From an uncultured Verrucomicrobiae bacterium (GTDB lineage Bacteria > Chlamydiota > Chlamydiia > Chlamydiales > Rhabdochlamydiaceae), in the NCBI GenBank assembly GCA_963718565.1, contig OY970364.1, positions 1,984,001 to 2,048,000 of the forward strand: a DNA stretch of 64,000 nt, in the 5' to 3' direction. The notes under the pieces are model-generated. The model worked only from the letters and a program-made list of their open reading frames with translations, did not search any database and had not been told where the DNA came from. How positions within the stretch are numbered: position 1 is the stretch's first letter; each line of letters opens with the position of its first letter. Both the position numbers and the translations under genes were made by a program. This document shows, in pieces, positions 9,483 through 19,822 of the stretch.

Positions 9483-10463
9483 ATGAAGGATTATTTTCTT
9501 TCAAATTATAATTTGTCTTGTCTTGAGTTTTTGCAATCTTTTGTTGTCTCAAAATACGGCTTAAGACACCTTAGGGAAGCAGGCCTTCACCCAGAGAGAA
9601 AATGGGGGCATCGTCTTATTGTTGCCATTGAATTCATTCCGGTTTTAGGTCAAATTGCAATGCTTGTCGAATGGGCAGCTTCAAAGATGCTCTTCTGCTT
9701 GGACTCATCAGACTCTCTCCCACAAAAAGAGCTTTTGTTCAAAGGAACTCAGGAAGGCGCCGAAGGTGCTGTAAATCCAGTAATGGCCTCGAGATTCGTC
9801 CGCGATTTAAATCAACGGAGAGGGGAAGGAGTGATATTCAATCCAAGCAAAATCACCCCAAGTATTGATGGGGGAACTTGTACAGCAATGTCTTTCGACT
9901 TTGTCGAAGAATTTTTTAAACTTAAAAAATTTCATGTCATGAAAGGTCATCACTATAATGATCTTTTTTTGAATTCCATTCGCAGTTTGGGTCAGCAGTT
10001 TACCAGGAGCTCTGAAGAAATGCGCACTCAACAAGCAGCATTCAACAGCATTGAAGTCACACCCTATGCACCTGGAGTGGATATTTCAAAGAATAAAATT
10101 CAATCTCTTGCAAATTTACACAATTTTAAAGTTGACTTTGCTTCTAGAGAAATTCCCGTCGACCGAGTGGATTACGAAAGAATTCTTAAAGAAGAAGTTG
10201 CAAAGTTGCCCAATGGACTCTATTTACTTCGGACGATTAAGCCTTTTAATAATGAAAGAGAGGAATTGCATGGGCATTCTATGATCTATGTCAAAGATCA
10301 ACAAGAGGGTTTTTTCTATGACCCTAATAGAGGGGCAAAATATATGAAGAACGTAGATCATCTTCCCAAACTATCCAAGGTGTTGGTGAATTGTCTCCAT
10401 TTGTTCGATACTTCCGTTGCTCGATTTTATAGACTTGCGCCATCCGACCCTCTACAGGCATAA
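9483..10463 (+). CDS. Putative YopT/C58-like cysteine protease, candidate effector
   Basis: GGTCTAMS ... HGHSMIY ... FFYDPNRG gives Cys-His-Asp order; N-terminal hydrophobic stretch; start at 9483 preferred. Confidence 0.6.
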   Translation: MKDYFLSNYNLSCLEFLQSFVVSKYGLRHLREAGLHPERKWGHRLIVAIEFIPVLGQIAMLVEWAASKMLFCLDSSDSLPQKELLFKGTQEGAEGAVNPVMASRFVRDLNQRRGEGVIFNPSKITPSIDGGTCTAMSFDFVEEFFKLKKFHVMKGHHYNDLFLNSIRSLGQQFTRSSEEMRTQQAAFNSIEVTPYAPGVDISKNKIQSLANLHNFKVDFASREIPVDRVDYERILKEEVAKLPNGLYLLRTIKPFNNEREELHGHSMIYVKDQQEGFFYDPNRGAKYMKNVDHLPKLSKVLVNCLHLFDTSVARFYRLAPSDPLQA

Positions 10464-10471
10464 TTCATACA

Positions 10472-11431
10472 ATGGCAATGCATCAAAAAAAAGTTCTTGT
10501 TACTGGCGGAGCAGGATTTTTAGGTTCCCATCTTTGTGAAAAATTGCTGGGATTCGGCTATTCGGTGATTTGTCTCGACAACTTTTTCACGGGAAATAAA
10601 GACAATGTTCTTTCTTTGATCGACCATCCTAATTTTAAGTTGATCGAGCACGATGTGTGTCAAAGTATCGATCTCGATCTCGATTTGATTTATAATCTTG
10701 CTTGTCCAGCTTCTCCTATTCACTATCAATTTGATCCTGTGAAAACGATCAAGACAAATGTTCACGGTGCCATCAATATGTTAGAGCTGGCCAAAGCAAA
10801 AAATGCACGTATCTTGCAAGCTTCAACAAGCGAAGTCTACGGCGATCCTCATGTGCATCCTCAAGCTGAAAGATATTGGGGGAATGTCAATCCTATTGGT
10901 ATCCGTTCTTGCTATGATGAAGGAAAACGTTGTGCTGAGACGTTATTTTTTGATTTTCATCGTCAGTTCGGAATCCCGATCAAAGTGGCGAGAATTTTTA
11001 ATACTTATGGGCCGCGCATGCACCCCAATGATGGACGCGTCGTTTCAAACTTTATCATTCAGGCTTTGAAAAATGAGCCGATCACCATTTATGGCGATGG
11101 AGCGCAAACAAGGTCTTTTTGCTACGTCGATGATCTTATCCATGGACTGATTTCGTTGATGGATTCTGCAATGGCGCTGACAGGGCCTGTCAATCTGGGA
11201 AATCCCATGGAATCTACCATTCGTCACCTTGCTGAAATTATCCTTGAATTGGTGGGTTCCCGTTCCAAGCTTATTTATCTACCCCTTCCTAGCGATGATC
11301 CAAAACAGCGCAAACCAGATATCACTTTGGCACAATCTGAGCTCGGTTGGGAGCCGCAGACGCAGCTCAGAGCAGGACTTGTAAATACGATCGAGTATTT
11401 CGACAAATGTCTTCAGTCTGCAACAACATAA
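10472..11431 (+). CDS. UDP-glucuronate decarboxylase (UDP-xylose synthase)
   Basis: [42 protein letters not shown]. Confidence 0.92.
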   Translation: MAMHQKKVLVTGGAGFLGSHLCEKLLGFGYSVICLDNFFTGNKDNVLSLIDHPNFKLIEHDVCQSIDLDLDLIYNLACPASPIHYQFDPVKTIKTNVHGAINMLELAKAKNARILQASTSEVYGDPHVHPQAERYWGNVNPIGIRSCYDEGKRCAETLFFDFHRQFGIPIKVARIFNTYGPRMHPNDGRVVSNFIIQALKNEPITIYGDGAQTRSFCYVDDLIHGLISLMDSAMALTGPVNLGNPMESTIRHLAEIILELVGSRSKLIYLPLPSDDPKQRKPDITLAQSELGWEPQTQLRAGLVNTIEYFDKCLQSATT

Positions 11432-14400
11432 GCGTTGCGGCCGTGGTTTTTTAAGATCTCGCGCCATTTTTTAACGATCTCTATGGCCAAAGGCGCAGCT
11501 TCTTTACCACCTGCTTCACTAAAACGCAAATAGACGACAACGACAAGTTCTGGGTTGTCCCATGATTGATGATCTTCTTCGGAAAAGGCGACACCGCCAA
11601 ACCAGATATGGTTATGGATCTTGGCTACAGACTCCGAATCAATGGACTGTTTATAAAGGATTTCGGCGGTCCCTGTTTTCCCAATCAGATGGTCTTTAAG
11701 GTGATGATAATTGTGTAGCCATTGGGGATTATGCAGTAAAGCGCGGATGATAGGGGGCCGTGCGGTGCCTTTGGGTCCAGTAAGCACGCGATGCATGCCT
11801 TCAATCAACGGGTCGCGAATGACCTCCGGCATAGGAAGAATTCGTTTAGTTTCAGGAGCGCTGTACCAAATATAGGGACTGTCTCCTTCGGACTGCATGG
11901 TTGAAAAAAGAGGAAAATAGATTCCGATTGAGGCCAGATGATCTTTAAAAGGAAATAATACTTGTGCAAAAGGGTCGCGATATTCTCGTAAAGGCTCCCT
12001 TCCAGCGATGACTTGAATCACTTTTGGTTTTAGCACCTTTCCTTTGTTGGCAATGGCGCCAAGCATCGCTGCGGTTTGTAAGGGAGTCACGACCAAGGAG
12101 TGCTGACCGATAGCAAATGAGTACAATCCCGTTCGGTTTAGCGTGACATCATCAGGCAGCATTCCAGCGATTTCCCCAGGCAGTTCGATCCCTGTTTTTT
12201 CTCCAAATCCAAAATTTCTAGCTGCTTGAACAAGGTTTAAAGGATCTTTGATGTATTCGGCTGCAAGAATGGAAAAATAGATATTGCTCGATTGTTCGAT
12301 AGCTCCGACAATATCGATTTTGCCAATATTCGGGTGGCTCCTAGGAAGTTTTCCCCCTTTATATAGCCGTGTAATGGGCAGCCCCTCGAGAGTATAACCT
12401 AGGATTTGATCATTGCTCCCAGGTTTTGAATGCCATTTTAAATGATCGACCAAAGTGAGCGGATTAATATCGCGCAAACTCGCCTGCAGTGCACTTAATT
12501 GTTGGTGCCGCTCCAAAAGACCTTGATAGGCGACGACTAACTTGAAGACCGATCCTTGAGGCGTGGACTGCCGAAAGGCCTGAGATCGACCATATCCATA
12601 TCCGGAAAGGGGGTAAAAGGCTGCTGCGAGATGTTTTTGCATGGAGACGCCTTTTGTATTTCGTAGGCTTCGATAACGGCCATACAAGGGGGTTGTGAGT
12701 TCTTCAAAAGAGCGCATCGATTGCAGAAATTGCCATTGCCTTTCTTTGGAAAGAGGTGTGATTGCGGTTTTTAATTTTGTCGCATGGTTTTTGATTTCCA
12801 CATTCCCTTCTTTTAGCTTCAATGCTTCATCGACGTAAGCGGAAAAAGGAGAACTGCTGCCAAATTCCTCCTTGGAATCCATTAAAAAAGCATGCACAAG
12901 CGATAAGCGATGTTCTTGCCAAAAGGCTCTAAACATCTGTTTTTCCTTCTGATCGAGATAGTCAGTATAAGGTTTGGCGTACTGTTTTTTTTCTTTTTCT
13001 TCTTTTCTTTTAATTCTTAAGAATTCTTTAAAGTTTTGGGTGCGCCAAGACTGAAAATCTTGCTTGTGAAACCAAGCTCGCGCCTGTGTTTGAAGATAAC
13101 TGTGAACAATGGAAAAAGACTGATTGAGGAGATAATACCCTGCAAAGGAAAGAGACTCTACGCTTTCAGCAAGCTGTGATGAAAATCGCTCCTTTCCTGC
13201 CAGCATTCGACAGAGATCCAAGATCAGCAGTTTGTCATCATTGCTTTTGACGCGACCTAGTATGGGTTCGATCTTTTGTTTTAGGATCAAGGTCTCAGCG
13301 CTGTTTTGCATGAGATGCCGTTCCACATCTCTTTTTTCTTCGAGGGAAAGAGGGGATTTTAAAGGGCGATGCGGTTCTTCTGAGTACAAGGCTCCAATCA
13401 AAGTCCGCATATTCATCTGACCGGACCTTTGGAGCAGGTTTTCCATCGTATCTTGTAAAGAAAGCGCATTTCCAATCGTCTCAATCCTTTGCATTGTAGA
13501 TAATAGGTCGCTATGCGGCGGTAGGATGGTTTCGAAATATTTTTCTAGGGACAGTTCCATCTTTTCTTCGTAGAAAGAATGCGTCTCTTCATCAAATCGC
13601 TCACGCTCCAAAGCTCTTTTTCCATCCCAGATTTCTCCGATATAAGTCTCATTTTCTAACCATTTGGCAATCGCAGCCTGTTTGCTAGCCTTGACATCCG
13701 GGATGCGCGAGGGAATAAAATCATTGGGATCGGTCCGCGGATAAGAAGCTAAAGCGATCACTTCGCCTGTTCTGGGATCGAGTGCAACAATGGCGCCGCC
13801 TTTGATCCAAGGAGTGGTTAAATCCGCAGCCCCATTGGAATGACGTACTTCTCGGACCTTTTCATTGTGAGCGAGAAGCTGTTCAGCAAATTCTTGAAGT
13901 TCGGAAGAGATCGATAGCAATAATCGTTGACCGGCCACGCTTTTACGGCTACCTGGAAGTTCTCGAAGAAAATTTCCTTTTGTGTTGATTTCGAATATTT
14001 TTTTTCCCAGGTATCCACGTAAATCTGCATCGAACACGGCTTCAACCCCCGCTTTGCCAACGAGGTCATTGATCGTATAGGCTTTTTCCTGGAGAGCTTT
14101 CATTCGCTCTCTGACCTCCAACGGATTATGGAAGCCCTTCGGCAATACGGTGACCTCTCCTGTCTCCCGTTTTTCAAGATAGGCATGCAGGGTCGCAAGC
14201 TCTTCAGCAATTGCGTAGTACTCTTTGGCGCTGATCGCGCCCATATAACCGATCACGTCAGAACCTGTTTTCCCGAGGGGGTAATGGCGTTTCGAACCCT
14301 GTTCAGTTCGGATACCAGCCCAATCTTTTTCCAACATTTTTAAACGGTAGTATTCTTGCTCTGAAAGATCTTCTTTCACAATGAAAGGCGTATGGGGGAA

Positions 14401-14811
14401 AAGAGAAGCTTTACCATGGATCGTGTCTTCAATTGTTTGCGCATCCATCGACAATTCTTTAGCGAGTAGCTCAGCGAGATTTTTAATGTATGCTGATCTC
14501 ACTGGCACCCGTATACTTTTTCCTTCTGCATTTCTTTCCCATTTTGCAGCAGGGATTTGACGGATGTCCGCATAGCACACTGCTGCGTTGTACTGAATCT
14601 TGTTAAGGGCAAGAGGAATATTGAAACGGTCGCGAATCGTCGCGCGTTCGGGCTTTTCAATGACAGTGCGGCGCTTAGGCCCGCGCGCTTTTTCTATATG
14701 TTCATCGTGTTGAATAATAGAGAGATACCAGACGCGGACCCCAATCAACAATAGTCCCAGAATAATGATGTTGAGGACTCTATTGGTCTTATCGGGAATA
14801 CTGTAATCCAT
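11413..14811 (-). CDS. mrdA: Chlamydial-type penicillin-binding protein 2 (large class B PBP)
   Basis: N-terminal TM, RATIRDR, GSVFK (SxxK), SSN (SxN), GKTGTAE; large chlamydial insert; start MDYSIP at 14811 because the longer ORF runs into tRNA-Gly. Confidence 0.88.
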   Translation of the reverse strand: MDYSIPDKTNRVLNIIILGLLLIGVRVWYLSIIQHDEHIEKARGPKRRTVIEKPERATIRDRFNIPLALNKIQYNAAVCYADIRQIPAAKWERNAEGKSIRVPVRSAYIKNLAELLAKELSMDAQTIEDTIHGKASLFPHTPFIVKEDLSEQEYYRLKMLEKDWAGIRTEQGSKRHYPLGKTGSDVIGYMGAISAKEYYAIAEELATLHAYLEKRETGEVTVLPKGFHNPLEVRERMKALQEKAYTINDLVGKAGVEAVFDADLRGYLGKKIFEINTKGNFLRELPGSRKSVAGQRLLLSISSELQEFAEQLLAHNEKVREVRHSNGAADLTTPWIKGGAIVALDPRTGEVIALASYPRTDPNDFIPSRIPDVKASKQAAIAKWLENETYIGEIWDGKRALERERFDEETHSFYEEKMELSLEKYFETILPPHSDLLSTMQRIETIGNALSLQDTMENLLQRSGQMNMRTLIGALYSEEPHRPLKSPLSLEEKRDVERHLMQNSAETLILKQKIEPILGRVKSNDDKLLILDLCRMLAGKERFSSQLAESVESLSFAGYYLLNQSFSIVHSYLQTQARAWFHKQDFQSWRTQNFKEFLRIKRKEEKEKKQYAKPYTDYLDQKEKQMFRAFWQEHRLSLVHAFLMDSKEEFGSSSPFSAYVDEALKLKEGNVEIKNHATKLKTAITPLSKERQWQFLQSMRSFEELTTPLYGRYRSLRNTKGVSMQKHLAAAFYPLSGYGYGRSQAFRQSTPQGSVFKLVVAYQGLLERHQQLSALQASLRDINPLTLVDHLKWHSKPGSNDQILGYTLEGLPITRLYKGGKLPRSHPNIGKIDIVGAIEQSSNIYFSILAAEYIKDPLNLVQAARNFGFGEKTGIELPGEIAGMLPDDVTLNRTGLYSFAIGQHSLVVTPLQTAAMLGAIANKGKVLKPKVIQVIAGREPLREYRDPFAQVLFPFKDHLASIGIYFPLFSTMQSEGDSPYIWYSAPETKRILPMPEVIRDPLIEGMHRVLTGPKGTARPPIIRALLHNPQWLHNYHHLKDHLIGKTGTAEILYKQSIDSESVAKIHNHIWFGGVAFSEEDHQSWDNPELVVVVYLRFSEAGGKEAAPLAIEIVKKWREILKNHGRNAYVVAD

Positions 14812-14812
14812 G

Positions 14813-14848
14813 ATTTTCTGCTGGCGAGGGGTTTTGCAATTCCCTCTA
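14813..14848. repeat. One terminal fragment of MITE family B
   Basis: attttctgctggcgaggggttttgcaattccctcta matches the end of the copy at 43781-43962. Confidence 0.7.
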
Positions 14849-14924
14849 TAAATTTTATTTTTGAGCAGAGACATTTCCTTGAAAAATAAATCTCCATTTG
14901 TTAAAAGTAAATCCGATTTTTCAC

Positions 14925-14995
14925 GCGCCTGTAGTTCAATGGTAGAACCGTAGCCTTCCAAGCTACTTGTGTCAGTTCGATTCTGATCAGGCGCT
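14925..14995 (+). tRNA. tRNA-Gly(TCC)
   Basis: gcgcctg acceptor stem pairs with caggcgc; anticodon loop cttccaa; GTTCGA T-loop. Confidence 0.93.
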
Positions 14996-15093
14996 TGATC
15001 ATTTTAACCAAGACTGAAATCCTTCTCATCCTTTTAAAGCGTTGGCTTTAAAAAATAAGAGAGGATGCCGTCGTCAACATAAAGGGACAAGGC

Positions 15094-15889
15094 TTGGCAA
15101 CAACAGAAGTCACTATAAAGGAATTACTTGAAAGTGGTGCCCATTTTGGGCACCAGACGCACCGTTGGAATCCGAAAATGAAACGATTCATTTTCGAAGA
15201 GCGCAATGGAATATACATCATCGATTTCGCAAAGACCATGCAACAGATCCGCAATGCGGTTCAAGTCGTCAAAGAAATGGTCTCCAAACGCAAATCGATT
15301 CTTTTTGTCGGCACAAAAAAACAAGCTAAAAGTGTCGTCCGAGAATGTGCAGAAGAGTGCGGCGAATTTTACGTTTCCGAACGCTGGCTCGGAGGCACGC
15401 TGACCAATCTCACGACCATCCGCCAATCTGTGAAAACATTAGAGCGGATCGAAAAGAAGATCACTACAGGCGGCGAAGGCTTGACGAAAAAAGAGCTCTC
15501 GGTGCTCAGCAAAGAGCAGATAAAGCTCGACCGCAACCTCTCAGGGATTCGCGCGATGAGAAAACCTCCTGGGCTTGTTGATCGTCGTCGATCCAAGCAG
15601 CGAGCACATTGCTGTTGCAGAAGCGAAAAAGCTCGGCATTCCCGTCATGGCGCTCGTCGATACCAATTGCGATCCTGATCCGATTGATTATGTCATTGCA
15701 TGTAATGACGATGCATTAAAGAGCATCAAGCTTATCCTTCAAGCGCTTATGCAAGCGATCATCGATCGTAAAAATGAGCTCAATGTGGGTGTAGCAAAAG
15801 GGGATGAGAGAGAAGGCGCGCCAGGACAAGAAGAAGGTGAAGAGTTCGAATTCGAATCCAAAGATAAAGAGGAAGGCGAAGGACTATGA
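15094..15889 (+). CDS. rpsB: 30S ribosomal protein S2, one apparent frameshift near 15572
   Basis: [31 protein letters not shown]; continues in the next frame as LIVVDP...DTNCDPD..NDD. Confidence 0.95.
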
Positions 15890-16740
15890 GCGGAAAAGTC
15901 ACTGCTGAAATGGTAAAAGAACTGCGTGATCGCACCGGCGTGAGCATGGGCAAGTGCAAAGAGGCGCTCGACCAAGCTGGCGGCGATATCGAACAAAGCG
16001 ATCGATATTCTTCGCAAATCTGGAATGGCATCTGCTGTTAAAAAAGAGGGACGCGAGACGAATGAGGGTCTGATCGGCGCTGCGGAAGGTAAAGAAGTCA
16101 TTGCTCTTGTCGAGGTCAATGCTGAGACAGATTTTGTGACGCAGAATGAAAAATTCAAACAATTTCTGCGCGACGTCGCACAAGAAGCAGCGGATTCTGC
16201 ATCGTCTTCTTTAGATGCTTTAATGAAGAGGCCCTATCACAAAGGACAGATCCATTTCCCTCGATCAGTATCGTGCCCTCGTCGATGCAAAGTCTTGGAG
16301 AAAATATTCAAGTGAAGCGCATTTCCATTCTGCCTAAAACTCCAGATTTATCCATGGGCCTTTATTCTCACATGGGTGGAAAAATTGTGGTCGCTGTGTT
16401 GTTATCCGGCGGACCTGGACAAGAAGCCCTTGCCCGAGACATTGCGATGCACGTCGCTGCTGAATCTCCGGAATATCTTCGTCCCGAAGATGTCCCAGCC
16501 GACGTTCGGGCAAAAGAAGAAGAGATTGCGCGAAGCCAAGTTCAAGGTAAACCGGCGAACATCGTTGATAAGATTATCGAAGGCAAGATTAAGGCTTTTT
16601 GTGATGAAGTCTGTTTGATCTGTCAAAAATATGTCAAAGACAATACGATGACAATCGCCCAACTCCTCGAAAAAGAAGGAAAACGATTAAACAAGCAGCT
16701 CGGTATTCAAGCTTATCATCGTTGGAAAGTTGGGGGATAG
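15886..16740 (+). CDS. tsf: Elongation factor Ts, apparent frameshifts near 15994 and 16240-16285
   Basis: [51 protein letters not shown] spread over several frames. Confidence 0.92.
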
Positions 16741-16770
16741 TCCGCCTGCCTTAGGGGAAAAAAGGATCGC

Positions 16771-16800
16771 TATACCAAATCTTGAGTTCATTTCGGTATA
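16771..16800. repeat. 30-bp collapsed scar of MITE family A
   Basis: tataccaaatcttgagttcatttcggtata consists of the two terminal tips of the 49245-49535 element. Confidence 0.75.
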
Positions 16801-16816
16801 CTCACGGGAGGTTAGA

Positions 16817-17371
16817 ATGAACAGTATTACGGAACAGACAAAATCAAAAATGCAAACAGCGCTCGACCATTTTAAAAATGAACTCAAAAACTTGCGCTCT
16901 AACCGAGCAAATCCGGGGATGCTTGACGGGGTGATTGTCGAGGCTTATGGCGCGCAAATGCGTATCAAGGAACTTGCCAACATCACAGCTCCTGAGTCTC
17001 GCCAACTTCTCATCAGCCCCTTCGACCCACAAACTGCCGCAGCCATTGCCAAAGGGATTGAAAAGGCAAATTTAAACCTTCAGCCCGTTGTCGAAGGGCA
17101 AGTGATCCGGATCCACGTTCCTCCGATGGATGAATCGATGCGCAAACAGATCGTCAAGCAAGGCAAGCAAAAAGCAGAAGATGCGAAGATTGTCATCCGC
17201 GATATTCGCCGTAAAAATAATGAACTTGTCCGTAAACAAAAAGCTGACGGGGTTGTGACAGAGGACGTTATGAAGAAAGAGGAAAAAGGGATTCAGGACC
17301 TTACGGATAAATTCTGCAAAGAGATTGACGACCTTTTCACAGCGAAAGAAAAAGAGATCATGACGGTTTAG
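16817..17371 (+). CDS. frr: Ribosome recycling factor
   Basis: LRSNRANPGMLD, PFDP, IRDIRR, KEKEIMTV; ATG after GGAGG. Confidence 0.95.
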   Translation: MNSITEQTKSKMQTALDHFKNELKNLRSNRANPGMLDGVIVEAYGAQMRIKELANITAPESRQLLISPFDPQTAAAIAKGIEKANLNLQPVVEGQVIRIHVPPMDESMRKQIVKQGKQKAEDAKIVIRDIRRKNNELVRKQKADGVVTEDVMKKEEKGIQDLTDKFCKEIDDLFTAKEKEIMTV

Positions 17372-17374
17372 CAC

Positions 17375-17404
17375 TTGAAATAAACGGGTGCGCCACACTA
17401 CAAT
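17375..17404 (+). promoter_or_regulatory. Putative sigma70-type promoter for tRNA-Glu/tRNA-Lys
   Basis: TTGAAA-18 nt-TACAAT ~25 nt upstream of tRNA-Glu. Confidence 0.5.
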
Positions 17405-17428
17405 GATGGCTCCTTTTTTTGATTTTAA

Positions 17429-17503
17429 GGCCCCATCGTCTAGCCTGGCCTAGGACACCAGATTTTCATTCTGATAACAGGGGTTCGAATCCCCTTGGGG
17501 TCA
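17429..17503 (+). tRNA. tRNA-Glu(TTC)
   Basis: ggcccca...tggggtc acceptor stem; anticodon TTC; ggttcgaatcc. Confidence 0.93.
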
Positions 17504-17540
17504 CATTCCGTAAGTGTTCTTACGAACACTTACCCTTCAC

Positions 17541-17613
17541 GAGACTTTAGCTCAGTCGGTAGAGCATCTCACTTTTAATGAGAGGGTCGATGGTTCGAGT
17601 CCATCAAGTCTCA
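17541..17613 (+). tRNA. tRNA-Lys(TTT)
   Basis: gagactt...aagtctc acceptor stem; tctca-cttttaa-tgaga anticodon arm; ggttcgagtcc. Confidence 0.94.
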
Positions 17614-17655
17614 ATTTTCGCAGAAAATTGCGACTTGAGCAGTCGCAGTGCGACT

Positions 17656-18413
17656 GCGTATGGACTCGAAGTGAAGCAGCCTTGTGCTGCGAACCGGAAC
17701 GCTCTTGAAGACAATCGAAATGCCCTCAAGGGCATTTGATTTGCGAAAGAGGAGCCACCCTCAAAGAAAAATCCCTGCCTTGGCGTATGGACTCGAAGTG
17801 AAGCAGCCTTGTGCTGCGAACCGGAACGCTCTTGAAGACAATCGAAATGCCCTCAAGGGCATTTGATTTGCGAAAGAGGAGCCACCCTCAAAGAAAAATC
17901 CCTGCCTTGGCGTATGGACTCGAAGTGAAGCAGCTTTGTGCTGCGAACCGGAACGCTCTTGAAGACAATCGAAATGCCCTCAAGGGCATTTGATTTGCGA
18001 AAGAGGAGCCACCCTCAAAGAAAAATCCCTGCCTTGGCGTATGGACTCGAAGTGAAGCAGCCTTGTGCTGCGAACCGGAACGCTCTTGAAGACAATCGAA
18101 ATGCCCTCAAGGGCATTTGATTTGCGAAAGAGGAGCCACCCTCAAAGAAAAATCCCTGCCTTGGCGTATGGACTCGAAGTGAAGCAGCTTTGTGCTGCGA
18201 ACCGGAACGCTCTTGAAGACAATCGAAATGCCCTCAAGGGCATTTGATTTGCGAAAGAGGAGCCACCCTCAAAGAAAAATCCCTGCCTTGGCGTATGGAC
18301 TCGAAGTGAAGCAGCCTTGTGCTGCGAACCGGAACGCTCTTGAAGACAATCGAAATGCCCTCAAGGGCATTTGATTTGCGAAAGAGGAGCCACCCTCAAA
18401 GAAAAATCCCTGC
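17656..18413 (+). repeat. Tandem array of ~6 x 127-bp units downstream of tRNA-Lys
   Basis: Units start at 17656, 17783, 17910, 18037, 18164, 18291; identical except one C/T site (units 3 and 5 have T); last unit 4 bp short. Confidence 0.97.
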
Positions 18414-18462
18414 TCGTTCAATTAGTCAAATCTCTATCTAGCACCATTCCACACACATAAGC

Positions 18463-18581
18463 CAGGGCGCAGGAAATTAAGAAGATTTTTTTAAATTCAC
18501 TAAAAGTTTTTAAAGTGCTTCTTTTTCACATGTCGGGGACACAGCACTTCGTGTCCAATGTCCCCTGCTGGCCCCTTGAGA
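18463..18581. repeat. Left half of MITE family D
   Basis: ~119 bp nearly identical to 31025-31143. Confidence 0.85.
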
Positions 18582-18693
18582 CTCAGCTCGCTTTGCCAAA
18601 TCGCGTGCTCGTCGAGGGGCCGTGCAAAGCACTGATCCCCCCACGCGCTGACCGCGCTCTCCTGCGCTGCGATTTTGCTTTGCGATCTGAGTC
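18580..18693. repeat. Imperfect GC-rich palindromic element
   Basis: gactcagctcgc...aaatcgc and gcgatttt...gcgatctgagtc arms. Confidence 0.55.
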
Positions 18694-18716
18694 CATCGGC
18701 TGCTCATGCGCTCACT

Positions 18717-18949
18717 CCCGCCCTAGCTCCGCCTTTTCGGGCGGGTCCCTTTTCGCGTCGACTCGCAGAGCCATTCTTAAATCAAACATCAGGCTTTTTA
18801 CACTTATCGTTGATATGCCCACTCTTTAAAAGAGTCAAAAAAAGCATCCATTCTGTTGATAAGAGAAGACCGGGGTTGTTTTGCATTCAGAATTGCTCTG
18901 CGAGTCGACGCGAAAAGGGACCCGCCCGAAAGGGCGAAGCCAGGGCGGG
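18717..18949. repeat. Long inverted repeat (~60-bp arms), MITE-like
   Basis: ...ttcgggcgggtcccttttcgcgtcgactcgcagagc pairs with gctctgcgagtcgacgcgaaaagggacccgcccgaa... Confidence 0.85.
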
Positions 18950-19125
18950 GTGCGCCCGGTATGGGCAATTACTAGTCGGTGAAAATCCGATCATAACCCT
19001 AAAAGGAGGGAATATGTAGGCGAAAACAAGGGTGTCCGAAGAAAACTAATCGAGGCCCCACAACAATGGGTATGACGAAATGATAATGCAGAGAGAAGGT
19101 GAAATGTGAAAGAATTACAACTCGA
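18950..19125 (+). ncRNA. 5' fragment of a group II intron (class IIC-like domain I)
   Basis: Starts GTGCG-CCCGGTATGGG, then TCGGTGAAAATCCGA hairpin and CAAGGGTGTCCG, as in IIC intron domain I; placed right after a stem-loop; truncated by IS1634 sequence. Confidence 0.72.
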
Positions 19126-19586
19126 AGAACAAATCGAACCGATTTGGAAGCAAAAGAGTTATGGCAATTGTATAATGTTCTCAGAAGCGTTGAGGATGCG
19201 TTTCGATTTATGAAATCCTCATTAGGATTGCGTCCAGTCTATCACCAGAAGGAACATCGAGTGGACGGGCATTTATGGATCACCATACTTGCCTACCATC
19301 TAATCCAACACTGCAGGCACCAATTAATTCGAAAAGGGATAAACTATTTGTGGCAGACAATACGTAATATCATTATTACTCGAGTCCGAGTAACTGTGTG
19401 GGCCAAGACAACAGAAGGCAGGGTGCTCTACCACCGCAGCACTACAAAGGCAGAAGGCGAGCAAATAGAGATTTACAGGGCGCTGGGATTATCGTCTTCA
19501 ATTCTCAGAGGTCATAAAACACTCGTTTAATTCAAGATGTAGTGACGAATTTGCATAGCTCCTCTGGGAAAGCCGCGAACTTGGGT
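19126..19586 (+). mobile_element. IS1634-family 3' fragment (transposase C-terminus and right end)
   Basis: Nearly identical to 22560-23019; VEDAFRFMKSSLGLRPVYHQ...RVDGHLWITILAY. Confidence 0.88.
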
Positions 19587-19588
19587 TA

Positions 19589-19822
19589 ATGCAGCAAATC
19601 ACTAAAGATATCAGTAGCCAAGATGATCAATTAGTAGTCAATCGCCGCAACAAGAAAAAAATCAAAGCCACTATTTATCTGACCGAGGAAGCAGAGCAAG
19701 CATTTACTGAGCTTTATATCCATCGCTTGCGCAAAGATAGAAAGATCGACCGCTCGGTTATTGCTTGCGATGCCATTCAGATGCTTTACGAAAAAGAATG
19801 TCTGGAGGCTTCTTCGAATTAG
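19589..19822 (+). CDS. Small hypothetical protein, possibly RHH/CopG-like and 5'-truncated
   Basis: 77 aa; KATIYL...DRSVIACDAI strand-helix-helix pattern. Confidence 0.45.
   Translation: MQQITKDISSQDDQLVVNRRNKKKIKATIYLTEEAEQAFTELYIHRLRKDRKIDRSVIACDAIQMLYEKECLEASSN

Noticed and set aside
14812..14961. N-terminal extension of PBP2 in the ORF track
   Set aside because: Overlaps tRNA-Gly antisense and a MITE B end
15570..16290. rpsB and tsf as pseudogenes or programmed frameshifts
   Set aside because: Essential genes, otherwise conserved, with clustered single-base indels and no slippery-site context; most likely read/assembly errors (check by read pile-up)
17656..18413. CRISPR array, or five repeated 60-aa genes
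   Set aside because: Units are contiguous with no unique spacers and no cas genes; the ORFs overlap, shift frame each unit and are by-products of the 127-bp period
18950..19125. Functional intron, retron or DGR linked to the 127-bp array
   Set aside because: No reverse transcriptase ORF or domain V/VI in the window
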